From positions 31,918-95,917 of the forward strand of contig BCKZ01000030.1 in the NCBI GenBank assembly GCA_001600815.1: a stretch of 64,000 nt of DNA, given 5' to 3'. The notes under the pieces are model-generated. The model was not told the DNA's origin. It did no database searches and worked only from the letters and a program-made list of their open reading frames with translations. Each line of letters opens with the position of its first letter. Position 1 is the stretch's first letter. Origin of the DNA: Alloascoidea hylecoeti. Lineage: Eukaryota. Positions 34,563 through 46,300 of the stretch are shown piece by piece. The position numbers and the translations under genes were made by a program.

Positions 34563-35378
34563 TTATCCACTTGTTATGCATTCAAAAACTTCCTCGAAGA
34601 AATGCTTCTTTGCATCACCAAAAGAGAAACTTATTGAAGCCGTTGGAATCTTCTTTTGTGTACCAAGTTTAGCTTTAGAATATCCGGACTGATCTTTAAC
34701 ACTGCAATTTTTTAAAATAAGTGTAGTAAATTTAGGTAGTAATTGTAATGTTTTTAAAAAATCATAATCTAATATAAACCGACTTAAATATAAGACTTTA
34801 AGATTCGAAAAACACAAAAGAAAACGTGGTGATTCATCCATTCTTAGTTTATATTTATAGTCATCAATAAAACCTGTTTTTGAGACAAACATAAGCTCTT
34901 TTATTTGACTAAATGAATCATTCGAGTGATAACTACAAAACAGATGTCTTACTCCTTGGAGGTACTCGGGCATTGTAGAAGTCGAACAATTCTGATAATA
35001 ATATAATTCTTTTCCATAATAATCATTAAAAATAGTACCTAAAAACGAAATTCTCGTTATATTTGGACATAACCCCAGTAATGAATCCAAATCTTTTAAT
35101 ACCTTAGGTAAATCACAATCAATGTTTTTCATAAGGTATTTTAAACTGTGTGATTTATTCCCAATATTCTTCAAAAAATCGCCATCCGATTCCTTCAAGA
35201 GCTGTGATAATGTAAATTTGGAGTTTGTGTCGTTTACTTGAATTGTGCCAAAAGTAATTGGAAGTAAAATTTGTCTGTAATACTTTGATATTGAACCAAA
35301 ACTAATTATATCTCTTTTCTCTACATTTTCAACTATTCTCAGCAGGAGTGTAAGGGGAAGATTGTTTTCACTTTTCAT
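34563..35378 (-). CDS. F-box/LRR-like protein, lineage-specific family (only open copy in window; may itself be C-terminally truncated)
   Basis: N-terminal F-box-like LPLTLLLRIVENV..ISFGSISKYYRQIL and LRR-like LCPNITRISF, FSNLKVLYL, LPKFTTLILKNC. Start inferred from paralogs. Confidence 0.6.
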   Translation of the reverse strand: MKSENNLPLTLLLRIVENVEKRDIISFGSISKYYRQILLPITFGTIQVNDTNSKFTLSQLLKESDGDFLKNIGNKSHSLKYLMKNIDCDLPKVLKDLDSLLGLCPNITRISFLGTIFNDYYGKELYYYQNCSTSTMPEYLQGVRHLFCSYHSNDSFSQIKELMFVSKTGFIDDYKYKLRMDESPRFLLCFSNLKVLYLSRFILDYDFLKTLQLLPKFTTLILKNCSVKDQSGYSKAKLGTQKKIPTASISFSFGDAKKHFFEEVFECITSG

Positions 35379-37687
35379 GGTTGATAGATATAGTGGTTGC
35401 AATTGATCGAAGAATCTAGAAACCATATAGGTATTTATAATTAAAGCCAATTTTAGCATCTGTGTATATGGATTTAAAAACCCGGTATTATATGTATTGT
35501 TATATCATTGTTTATATAATTAAAACCTCATCTGATCAATTCCTTATGGTTTAGTACCGTATATGGTAAGTTGAATGTTGTTGTGACTTATTATCATTAT
35601 GAGAGTCATATTTTACGGAAATCTTCACACACTTCCAGGTGAATATTTCCCATGCTTAAAGTTGATTGGCTCTCAGTTATAAGAATGATGTTAAGTATAA
35701 TTATAATAAGTTCTTATTGTTTCCTTATTCATTAAAACTAGGTAGTTTGGGGGCGATATTCGACGGATCGGTGAGCGTAATCTGATATGATGAGAATTAA
35801 ATGTTCGGAGTTGGAGGTAATAAATGTTTTAGGACTCTTTTCTATCTTATTTCGTCATATTTTTTGATCTAACTAATATCCAAATAGTTTTAGATGCAAG
35901 CGTTTAGGTGTATAGATATTAATCTATTATGAGATTGTAAAGTTCAAGCTTATCAATAGGTTTCTTCTCAAACAAATTCAAATCAAAGTTCTCATACAAC
36001 TTTGTGAAGATTAGTTGATATGAGAGAATAATGAGACCGTCAATTGGCCAAGCGGCTGGTAAGTTATGTAATGAACAACTTAGCCAGAAGAACTGAAAGC
36101 CCTTTCACTAGAACCTTAAGATGGTTGGACGGGAAATCTTGCCAAATTAGATAATCTAGGATACTGTGATAAAACCCTCCAAGAAGGCGAAAGACTTATT
36201 ACGTTGGAAGGGTTACTGGTATGTGATTCCCCGATTGTAATATCTAGATCTGCTTCTTTATCCACATTTATAGTTCGAGCTTTAGTGCCAGCCTCTTTAT
36301 ATTTTCCTACTATCTTCTTGTAATAATCAGAAGGGGATATATTGAAAAATATTGTTAGTTAATCATCATATTGTATTATTATAGCCTGAAGAGCCCGGAT
36401 TCGTACACTATTTTCCAGATATTCCGTACTCCTTTCCGTAAATGTTATTTCCGGTACTCAAGCAAATTACACGTGATTGATACTACTGTTTTGGAATCTC
36501 TGAAGCCCCTTAATTTGTCTAACAGAGGGGTGGTATGAGAAGCTGGCAATATTAACGTTTCCGTAAATCCTGCCGAATCCTAATTACGGATAGAGAATAT
36601 TTTTTCTTATAATTAATTCGAAATTTTTTCAAATTTAATCCACACCAAGTAAATATAATTATAACTTTCTATGTGGAATAGCAATCTATACCTTATATTC
36701 CATATATATACAACACGGCTAGATAATTTATATAGCATTAAAATGGTCATGATTTTAGTATGTATAGTGAAATGTTGTGTGAGTAACAATAATAACATAT
36801 ATTAGCTTGACCCTCGAGCTCTAGTTCTCAATGGAAATTGAGTTAGAGACAAGCTTAAGCACGGTATGTGCATCTGATTTATGAACTATCGATCATAAAA
36901 TTTGGTATAGATATCTTTCGAGAAGTAGTAACTGTAACCTTGTAAATTCTCATGATCTTATAACAAAATTTTATATTCTACTCGTAGTTATTAAAGCGCA
37001 AAAAAGTTTTATTTTATGTGTATTAAAACCAGAGACTTTATTATTTAACGAATAAATTTAAGATAGCGTATAATCGTATCTCCACTAATGTTCCGAGACT
37101 TAGAGTAGAGTGTGTGATAAGTATTCATCCATCATTTACCACTATCACATGTGCCAGATATCTATAATTATATTGTATAATCCAACTAATTAATGAAAAA
37201 TACACCATCGATATTCATTAGTGCAAGCCATCAAAATAAAAATATAGGGCCTATAGCTGCTATAATTCTTAATTAGGTAAAAGACTAATTATTATTCTAA
37301 GGTGTCTTCCAAATCAAATAATAGGGTTATCAATAATATTTGATATAACTATCGACTAGGTTAAGAATATGCAAAGTTTGCTGATATCAATTATTTCTTC
37401 CTTGAAATTTAATGTGATGATCAGGAACTTTAAGCTTATTTCTGCGTAACTTAACAAATGAAAATTAATTACCTATTAGAGTAACTGTTTATTATATCTT
37501 GGAAGTTTAAGAAATACAAACTGAATTAATAATTTAAAATCATTATGATTTTGAACTCACGAAAACAGTTATTATACAATTAATCGGATTATATTTGCAT
37601 ATAAATATTAGTATTTTCCTGTATTTAATTTTCAATAAACAAACTGGTTTTCCAATTTATATCGTTTAATAGATTTAATATTTCAAA

Positions 37688-39937
37688 ATGATGGTCCAAT
37701 TACGAAGTTTATGCCTGGTTCTACTACTCCCTCTTGCAACTATTGCAGATAGTTCAATAAGTTCATTACCTACAACTACAACAGTATCAACATCTCCTGC
37801 AACCGCTTCAGAAACATGCGCATCTCCATCTTTTGTCGTTGCTCATTGTGATAACAGTGAAAACTTCTGTGATCCTGAAATTTCCGTTGATTATATGAAA
37901 ACAGCACTTGGAGGAAGAGAACAGATTGTAAACTATCGTGTTAAGTTTACAAATCCTCCATATGTTAAGGATAATATCACTTTAATCAGGTTGAAAGGAA
38001 GAGGAGTTGGATTTGGAGTGAGACCATATGTGGTTTATGATAAACTTTTGGGAATCAACAGAATAAATGAGAGGGTTAATGATTTTCTTGCATTAGTTAA
38101 AACCTATTCATTAACGTCGAAGACATGTGTTGCACCAGTTGTGGTAGAAGTTGGTCACTGTGTTAGTGAATGGCGTACAGGCACTTACGGAGAACAAGTT
38201 TGTGATGTTGTTTATACAACTTACACTTCACCAACATATTGTCTTGAATGTGAACCATCATCATCTAATTCCACTAATACAAGTTCAACTTCATCTTCCT
38301 TGAGAACATCTTCTTTACTTCCTTCTTCTTTAAGTCCAAATTCTTTAAGTTCAACGTCTTCTGGCTCAGGCACTCTAAGTTCAAGTTATAGTGTCTCTTC
38401 TCTATCTCCGGTACCAACTTTGAGCTCTGTACCTCCTACACTATCGACCTCTTCAACTTTGGAACGAATCACTATTTCCAGTTCAAAACCACCTGCTAGA
38501 TTACCAGTTACGGCTTCAAGAAGTTATTCCAATATTACTTTATCGAGTAATGTACCTTCCCAAGATCCAGAAATCACTATTTCCAGTTCAAAACCACCTG
38601 CTAGATTACCAGTTACGGCTTCAAGAAGTTATTCCAATATTACTTTATCGAGTAATGTACCTTCCCAAGATCCAGAAATCACTATTTCCAGTTCAAAACC
38701 ACCTGCTAGATTACCAGTTACGGCTTCAAGAAGTTATTCCAATATTACTTTATCGAGTAATGTACCTTCCCAAGATCCAGAAATCACTATTNCNAGTTCA
38801 AAACCACCTGCTAGATTACCAGTTACNNCTTCAAGTTATTCCAATATTACTTTATCGAGTAATGTACCTTCCCAAGATCCAGAAATCACTATTCCTAGTT
38901 CAAAACCACCTGCTAGATTACCAGTTACATCTTCAAGTTATTCCAATATTACTTTATCGAGTAATGTACCTTCCCAAGATCCAGAAATCACTATTCCTAG
39001 TTCAAAACCACCTGCTAGATTACCAGTTACATCTTCAAGTTATTCCAATATTACTTTATCGAGTAATGTACCTTCCCAAGATCCAGAAATCACTATTTCC
39101 AGTTCAAAACCACTTACTTTAATAACATCAAGTTCTGCCCTTACTAGTAATACCGGTACACACCTTACTGCTACTGATTCTGTACCTCCTTCGATAGCAA
39201 CAAGTTCAGTACCACCTACAGAGTACACTACTTCTACTAATACATTTATTATTGACATTGATTCTTTAAAACATTCAGAACCATTTACAGAATACATTAC
39301 CTCTACTAATACACTTACTACTGCTACTGATTCTTCTTTACCTTCAGTATCATCTCCAGAAAACACTGCTTCTACTTCTGAACTTACTACTTGTACTGAT
39401 TCTCTAGCTTCTTCAGCACCACCTCCAGATTACGCTGATTCTACTACCACACTCGCTAGCTGTACTACTTTTACTGGATATGTACCACCTTCGATATCAC
39501 CATCCCCCGAATGCACTACTTCTATTAATACATTTACTACTGAAATTACCAGTTGTACTGATTCTTTAGCAACTTCAGAACCATCTTCAGACTACACTGA
39601 TTCAACTACAACATTCACTACCTGTACGGATTCTTTACCATCAACAGAGTTCAATTCTATAAATAGTGAGGTTATTACTTGTAGTGATTCTTTAACTCCA
39701 TCAAAATATAGTTCCACCATAAGCATAACCTTCGAAACTATATCATTGTTACCCACAGAATCAACGGACGTGCTCTCCACTCAAGTTCCACCTTTGGTAT
39801 CACTTTCCCATTCTTCCACAATTTCCTTTCCTCTTCTCCCAAATGTTGAGTATAGTTCTTCTTCATCCAAAACAATAATATCATCATTGAATATGTTTAT
39901 TAGTTTGATTGGCATTTATATATTTTTATCACTATGA
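37688..39937 (+). CDS. Ser/Thr-rich, putatively GPI-anchored cell-wall adhesin/flocculin-like protein
   Basis: Signal peptide, Cys-containing N-terminal domain, tandem repeats, TxCTDS repeats and a hydrophobic C-terminus. Confidence 0.8.
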   Translation: MMVQLRSLCLVLLLPLATIADSSISSLPTTTTVSTSPATASETCASPSFVVAHCDNSENFCDPEISVDYMKTALGGREQIVNYRVKFTNPPYVKDNITLIRLKGRGVGFGVRPYVVYDKLLGINRINERVNDFLALVKTYSLTSKTCVAPVVVEVGHCVSEWRTGTYGEQVCDVVYTTYTSPTYCLECEPSSSNSTNTSSTSSSLRTSSLLPSSLSPNSLSSTSSGSGTLSSSYSVSSLSPVPTLSSVPPTLSTSSTLERITISSSKPPARLPVTASRSYSNITLSSNVPSQDPEITISSSKPPARLPVTASRSYSNITLSSNVPSQDPEITISSSKPPARLPVTASRSYSNITLSSNVPSQDPEITIXSSKPPARLPVXXSSYSNITLSSNVPSQDPEITIPSSKPPARLPVTSSSYSNITLSSNVPSQDPEITIPSSKPPARLPVTSSSYSNITLSSNVPSQDPEITISSSKPLTLITSSSALTSNTGTHLTATDSVPPSIATSSVPPTEYTTSTNTFIIDIDSLKHSEPFTEYITSTNTLTTATDSSLPSVSSPENTASTSELTTCTDSLASSAPPPDYADSTTTLASCTTFTGYVPPSISPSPECTTSINTFTTEITSCTDSLATSEPSSDYTDSTTTFTTCTDSLPSTEFNSINSEVITCSDSLTPSKYSSTISITFETISLLPTESTDVLSTQVPPLVSLSHSSTISFPLLPNVEYSSSSSKTIISSLNMFISLIGIYIFLSL
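38468..39112 (+). repeat. Coding tandem repeat: 3 x 105 bp + 3 x 102 bp + partial
   Basis: Units start at 38468, 38573, 38678, 38783, 38885, 38987 and 39089 (ITISSSKPPARLPVTASRSYSNITLSSNVPSQDPE). Confidence 0.95.
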
Positions 39938-40498
39938 TTGGCATCTATATAAATCTATCACTTTAAAAGACACTCATTGATTAATACATATAAAATATTA
40001 TTATCGGAACTTATATTGTTCGGAAACAAAATTTAAAACTACTATATTTTAGATTTTTTATTAGAGTTTGTTTGAATTATTTAGTAACAATATTGATTTA
40101 TGTAATATAATTGAAAATTTATTCCTTTTTCATATCTTAAATGAAAATGAAGTTAAATAGGTTAAGGGAATATCCATTCAATTAAAGACAACCTATTTCT
40201 TCACAGTGAGAATTTGGTATTTTGGAGAAAAGTATTCAGTTTCCAGTATGAGTGTTATTTACCCATACAGGATAGGAAATAAATATTGGGTGTTTTCATG
40301 ATATATTTGTATGTGTTCCTTGAAGTTGTATAAGAAATATTGTGTCATATTTCATATTTAACATTGTGTGAAATCTCAATCGGAAAATGAAAAAAGGGGA
40401 TGAGATGTTAGTGGAACTAGTTTTACTATGCATAAAAAAGGTAGACAATGATTTGACGGGAAGAACAAAACTAGTGGGGAAAGAAAATTATGATACTT

Positions 40499-40556
40499 AT
40501 AGAATCTGGTAGCATGCGTAACTAACTGTATGGATAAGGAATTACCGCATTTGGTA
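40499..40556. repeat. Dispersed repeat B, copy 2
   Basis: atagaatctggtagcatgcgtaactaactgt..aattaccgcatttggta is similar to 30228-30287. Confidence 0.55.
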
Positions 40557-41114
40557 TAACCATAGTATTCAATCAAAGTAAAGGATTTTCAATAAGATTG
40601 AATATTCTGCTGTTTCCTTCAGGTAAGAGAACATGTAACAATATATTCAAGAATTTCAATAGTTATAACTTCTCGATTCGGGAACGAAATATCGAAGTAC
40701 GTAGACGTTCGAAGAATATTGAAAGATATAATTAAACACGTTACGATATACACGTAATTATAAGATATTTAAAATTTTTATTGCATATAAATAAAAGAGA
40801 TATAAAGCAGCAAAAAGTATAACAATAAAAAAATTAACGTTAACAATAAAAACTAACAACAAAAATTTAGACAATACTAGTGATAATGGTGATAAAAAAA
40901 ATTATTCAAAACAAAAAATATAATAATATATAACCCAATTACAATTTATTAATAAATAATTCAATCAAAAATTGTTTTCATTTTTTCATTTTTTCATTTT
41001 TTCACTCTTGTTTTCTTTTCTTCATTTTTTTAAAATTTTTTCATTTTTATATATTTTCTTTTATATTTTGTTATTGTTTCTTTCCTTTAAAAAAAGATAA
41101 GATAAAATTATAGT

Positions 41115-42776
41115 TTATCTTTTAGAAACAGTTGTCCAACCATCATCTTCCGTTGTTACTTCTAATTTTTGATGTATTTCTAATTTTTCCAATTGTGTTA
41201 ACTTCTCCTCTTTCTTTGACTCAACTTTTGAATCTTCAATTGTTGTTTCATCATCATCATCATCAGTTTTTAAAACGTCATATTTAACAGTTGGTTTGGT
41301 ATTATTTCCCTTTTTGTTTTCGTTTAAATTCGTTTGATTTGGTCCTTGACTTTGACTAGATTTTCTAGAATTATTTGCTGCACGGGATGGAAGTGCTTGA
41401 CCTCTTGTCCAATTAAAATCATCATTATTTGATTGTGAAGGAATGCGTTTCTTTTCTTGTCTTTCTTGTCTTTCTTGTCTTTCTTGACCATGAGATTGTT
41501 GTGCACTACCTCTTCTCCAAACACCACCATTCTTTTTCGGATGATCATTTGTTGTTGTATTTGTACCATTACTATCAATACTAACATTTGATAATTTTCT
41601 TTCCAATTCGTTTAATTTAGATGCAGTATCAACAGGTTTTGCATTTCCGAATGGATTTGTCTTTTCATGTGTATGTGATAATCTTCTCTTTTCAGCCGCT
41701 TCGTTAAGTTTTGCTTCAATTTCTTGTTCTTTAGCTGCGGTATCAACAGGAGCTGCACCACCGAATGGGTCAAAAGATGCTTTGCTTGGGGTTTTGGGGG
41801 ATGAAGTTGAGGATAAGGTTCTTGTTGAATTTCTTGGTTTCCATGCATTAGTTGGTTTATTATCATTAGTTAAGGCACTTCCTCGTCTCCATGTATTCGC
41901 AGTATCAGCCTCAGTTAATGGGACTTCTTTACGTGGAGCAGAAGATCGTCTTTCGTGGAATACGGGTCTGTCAGATTCCGCCTTAGGAGGTAAAGCAGCA
42001 CCTCTTATATTCCAATTGGGTTCTTCTCTTGGTTCACGTGGCTCACGTGGCTCACGTGGCTCACGAGGTTCTCTTCTGTTGTAACTTCTATTGCTATCAC
42101 GGTCTGATGGGGGCAAAGGTCCTCTTCTTGACCAATCAATATCGACTTCTTCTCTAGGTTCTCGTGGAGTTCTTTGTTCTCTGTCACCTCTTCGGAATCC
42201 ACTGCGTCTTTCATTTTCAGGGTCACCAGTTAATGGGCCTGACCTCTCACCCCAATTAAATTCTTGTCTTTCAGGGGCAGCAACGGAAATGAAAACCCTT
42301 CTTCCGGAAAATTGTTCACCCGAATAACCAAGTACTTTTTCCAAATCATCTCGAGCTTTAAATTCAATAAAAGCAATACCTTTTAATTTGTTATTTTGTA
42401 ATGAATCTCTTGGTACTTTTAATTTTACAATTGCTGATTCATCATTATTATTATTTAATAAAGATAAGAAATGTTCAAAAATGTCCTCATCAGTAAGGTT
42501 CCAAGGTAAATTATTAATTCTTGCACGGTAAGGAGGAGCATCAGGGACAGGTAATTCTTCTCTTTCAATTCTGTCATTATCCCTTTCATGATCGCGTTCG
42601 CGTTCACGATTGTTGTAGTTATTATTGGTCTCACCACGACCCGATTGGAATTGTGTACGACCAGATGAAACATTGTCAGCATCAAAATCATCATCATCAT
42701 CCCACCCACCGAGGGATTGATCCTGTAGGAACTCGGAAAGGTCCATCTTTTTAACTTGTTGTCTTTTGGGAGGCAT
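41115..42776 (-). CDS. TIF3: Translation initiation factor eIF4B
   Basis: KKMDLSEFL, PPYRARINNLPW RRM, repeated W-x-R-G-P units, DPFGGAAPVDT, C-terminal DGWTTV. Confidence 0.88.
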   Translation of the reverse strand: MPPKRQQVKKMDLSEFLQDQSLGGWDDDDDFDADNVSSGRTQFQSGRGETNNNYNNRERERDHERDNDRIEREELPVPDAPPYRARINNLPWNLTDEDIFEHFLSLLNNNNDESAIVKLKVPRDSLQNNKLKGIAFIEFKARDDLEKVLGYSGEQFSGRRVFISVAAPERQEFNWGERSGPLTGDPENERRSGFRRGDREQRTPREPREEVDIDWSRRGPLPPSDRDSNRSYNRREPREPREPREPREPREEPNWNIRGAALPPKAESDRPVFHERRSSAPRKEVPLTEADTANTWRRGSALTNDNKPTNAWKPRNSTRTLSSTSSPKTPSKASFDPFGGAAPVDTAAKEQEIEAKLNEAAEKRRLSHTHEKTNPFGNAKPVDTASKLNELERKLSNVSIDSNGTNTTTNDHPKKNGGVWRRGSAQQSHGQERQERQERQEKKRIPSQSNNDDFNWTRGQALPSRAANNSRKSSQSQGPNQTNLNENKKGNNTKPTVKYDVLKTDDDDDETTIEDSKVESKKEEKLTQLEKLEIHQKLEVTTEDDGWTTVSKR

Positions 42777-42807
42777 TTTTAAATAATACTTTTCAAAAAA
42801 ATGATTT

Positions 42808-42944
42808 CTAAGGGATCAAAAAAATAATTGTTTGTTAGTAAGGAGAAAAAATAATATATATAAAGCATGGTAATAAAGTGATTATAAGCAAATATAAATA
42901 AATAATAATTAAACAAATATTAATAAATACAGATAAAAACATAC
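42808..42944 (-). other. Spliceosomal intron in the TIF3 5' UTR
   Basis: Minus-strand GTATGT at 42944, TACTAAC at 42840-42834 and TAG ending at 42808. No ATG immediately upstream of the donor. Confidence 0.75.
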
Positions 42945-43316
42945 CAAGATCAAAACTTTTTTGTTTGAATAAATTTGAAGTGAAAAATTCACAAAAAAAA
43001 AGAAAAAATTTTGAGAGAAAGGTAGTTTGGAGGTGTGCTGACAGTTACTGTGGTAGAGGTATGTAAAATACGCGTACGCCTGTCAAGCAGTACAAAACAA
43101 AGGCGGAAAAACATAAAAAAATCAAAAAAAAAGACACAAATTAATTAAAAATAAATAAAAATAAATATAAATTATTATAAATTATTAAATATTTAAAAAT
43201 AAATGTATTTTATACAATCAATTTAAAACTAATATTTAATAAATAAAAACTGAGAAGTTGAACTTCTTTTTTTCTTACCACTTATTCCATTTCATAAGAT
43301 CAACAACAGCATCAAA

Positions 43317-46300
43317 ATGTCGTTGAAGGGCGTGTTCTGGTCTATTTTGCTGTTAAACATCATTTTCTGGACTGCCCTGTTTTATGTGATACGCAAGAGT
43401 GAGTGTTTTTTTTTGGATTGGGATACGTTTGACTTTCTAGCAATTAATGGCTTATCTGCCATCTTCACTGGGGTTTTTTCCATAAACGTGGTAAAAATGG
43501 GGTTAATCCCACAAATGCCAAATAATCCTTATTCAAATTGGTTTTATGGGTATTGCAATGGAATTAGAATATCTGTTGATTCAATTGATTCTTTATTATC
43601 AATACTAAATTTCAAAAATAAATCAAGGCAGAAGAAAAAGAAGCCTTCAAATTCAGATTCAAATACAATCAATTTGATACCTTCAAGATTACAAATATTT
43701 GCACCAATATTGAAAGTTATACTACTTCCTTTCAAAACACTAAGATTCTTAATAAATGATATATCCATTGATATTCATAATTTCTTACAACTGAATCTAA
43801 AAAAGTTATCTTTCATTTATAATTTCGCCAAAAATACAAATGATGACGGAATTGTCGGAATTGTGATAGCCTGCGAAGGTTTACAGTTATCTAAACATAA
43901 TCAATTTTTAAAACTAAACAACTTGAATATTTCAATATTTGTAAAAATAAATCTAAAAAAATTATATCTATTTGATATTGATGTTAAAATTCAATTAAAT
44001 GATTTTATTATTGATTATTTAAATGTCAATGAATTCACAAAGGAATTAAAATCAAAATTACCTTTAAAGTCAAAACCAGAATCACTTAATGATAAAAATG
44101 ATATTAGTATGCCAACTTTCATAAACTCCATTTCTTTTAACTTGGATCAATTTCAACTAATTAATATTGATATATTTAAATCCTCTTTATTACTTTCAAA
44201 CCTATCATTACAAAACTTATCAATAAATCTATCATTATTAAATACATCTGAAAACTCTTCACCAACTTCAAATGCTTTCATATTTAAATCAATCACCACA
44301 GATAATCAAAAGTTGTTTCAGGCGCTGTTTTCATGTTCTGAATTAAATCTTCAATTAACTGCCCAATCTCAATTCTTTAAAAAATTAGGTAATAACAATG
44401 ATATTATACATGAAGATAAAATCTATAATCTTTTAAATATTTCAAAAATATCTTATTTATTAAAATCAAATATTTTAAATATATTATCTTCATCACCAAA
44501 GGATTTATCACAATTAATAACTCAATCAAATTTAACAATATCTAATCCAAATTTCGAAATATGTTCAAATTTTAATGAATTTGAACAATTTATAAAATAT
44601 TTTGAAGAATTAAAAATTAATAAAAATAAACCAATTATTATTAATAAAAATGATAATGAAAATTTTGATGATATTGAATATACTTTAAAACAAAAAATCT
44701 CAAATTTAATTGAAAAATTACCTGGTAAAATGTCATTTAAATTATTTATTTATGAACCATCAATTAGATTTCTTCATTCAATTCCAATTTCAAAACTTGA
44801 TGATTCATCAAATGTTATTGAAATGAATAAAGATATGAATAGAGAAAAGAAAGAGGAGGAAGAAATTGATGATATGGATATGAATGGTTATACTATTTCA
44901 ACATCACAATTTTCATTAGATTTTATCAAAACAATAGCTTCACCAGATGATAAAAATGAATCCATTAATAACATTAATTTAAATATTAAAATTAAATCAA
45001 TTTTATTATGTTTTATTGAATCAAGTATCGTAAGATATGATTTTATAACTTTTGAAGATTTAAAATTGAATGTTATAATTAAAATGATTAAATCATTAGA
45101 AACTTTAGAGATTAATGATGGAGATAATAATAATGATAATGGCTCGGTATTAGATATTGATTTTATTTCAAGTATTGGATCATTAGATATTGATATTTCT
45201 GAAGTTGATATTATATTAGGTATTGGTAAAGTTTTCAATGAATTTAATAATTTCAAGTTTGGACATCAACCGAATAAACAATTACCAACAATTGAAATTT
45301 CAAAAGATGAAGATGAAAATAAATCAATAAAGCTACAATCATCTGAAAAACTATATTTATTTTTATTAAAAACTTCACCATTATTAAAAACTTTTAAATT
45401 TTCAATTTTAAATATATCATTTAAAACAACAACACGTTCAATATTCTTTGATTCAATAAAAGAAAATATTTTAAATTTAAATGATTTTAATAATAATAAT
45501 AATGATATTTCTGATTTTTTCAGATTATTACAATTTCAAATATCATCAATTATAATCAATTATAATAATAATGATGAACCATTAGGTTTTAATATTGAAA
45601 TATTAGGTATTAATTGTTCAATGATGATTGAAGTACCATTTAAAATATCAAATAACAATCAAAATGATAACCAAATTCAATTTAAAAAATCAGATATTAT
45701 ATTTAAAACAATTGATTTTTTAAATATTGATGATTTTAAATTAATTTTAAAATTTGATAATGTATCAAATGTAACTTTATTAAATATAAAATTTATTATA
45801 AATTCAATTATTTTAAATTATTCAATAACTTTACATTTTTTATTAATGTCTTTTATTCATTTATTATTAAATTTGATTAATTCTCCTTTCGGTTATAATA
45901 ATTTAATGGGAAATAAAAAGAAAAATATTAATAATAATACTCCAAACAATAAGGGTAAAAAAATTCATGTTTCAACATGTATTGAATCCAAATTAATTGA
46001 TTTAAAATTCTTATTACCTACAAATTTTCAAACTAAATTGATTTTTAATAATTTAAAATTTTTTAAATTTGCTGATGAACAATTACGTTTATTAGCTTCT
46101 AATATTTATATCCTAGTTGAATCTCCAATAATGAAAAAAGAAGAGAATAATAATAATTTTGAAAATTCAATTGATAATGATGATTGTACTTGGAATAGAT
46201 TCTTATGTCTTAATGAAGCTTCTGTTGATATTGGTAATAAGGTTGCAACACAAAATGAAAAGGATAATGATGCTATAGAAGCAATGAAAAATGATGAAGA

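Noticed and set aside
38468..39112. Regular repeats resembling a CRISPR array; 190-aa alternative-frame ORF 38550..39122
   Set aside because: No unique spacers, units are multiples of 3 inside a eukaryotic CDS, and the alternative frame is open only because the unit lacks a stop.
43399..43440. Possible 42-nt in-frame intron (GTGAGT..CTAG) near the FMP27 start
   Set aside because: Weak branch site and the ORF is open without it; undecidable without RNA data.
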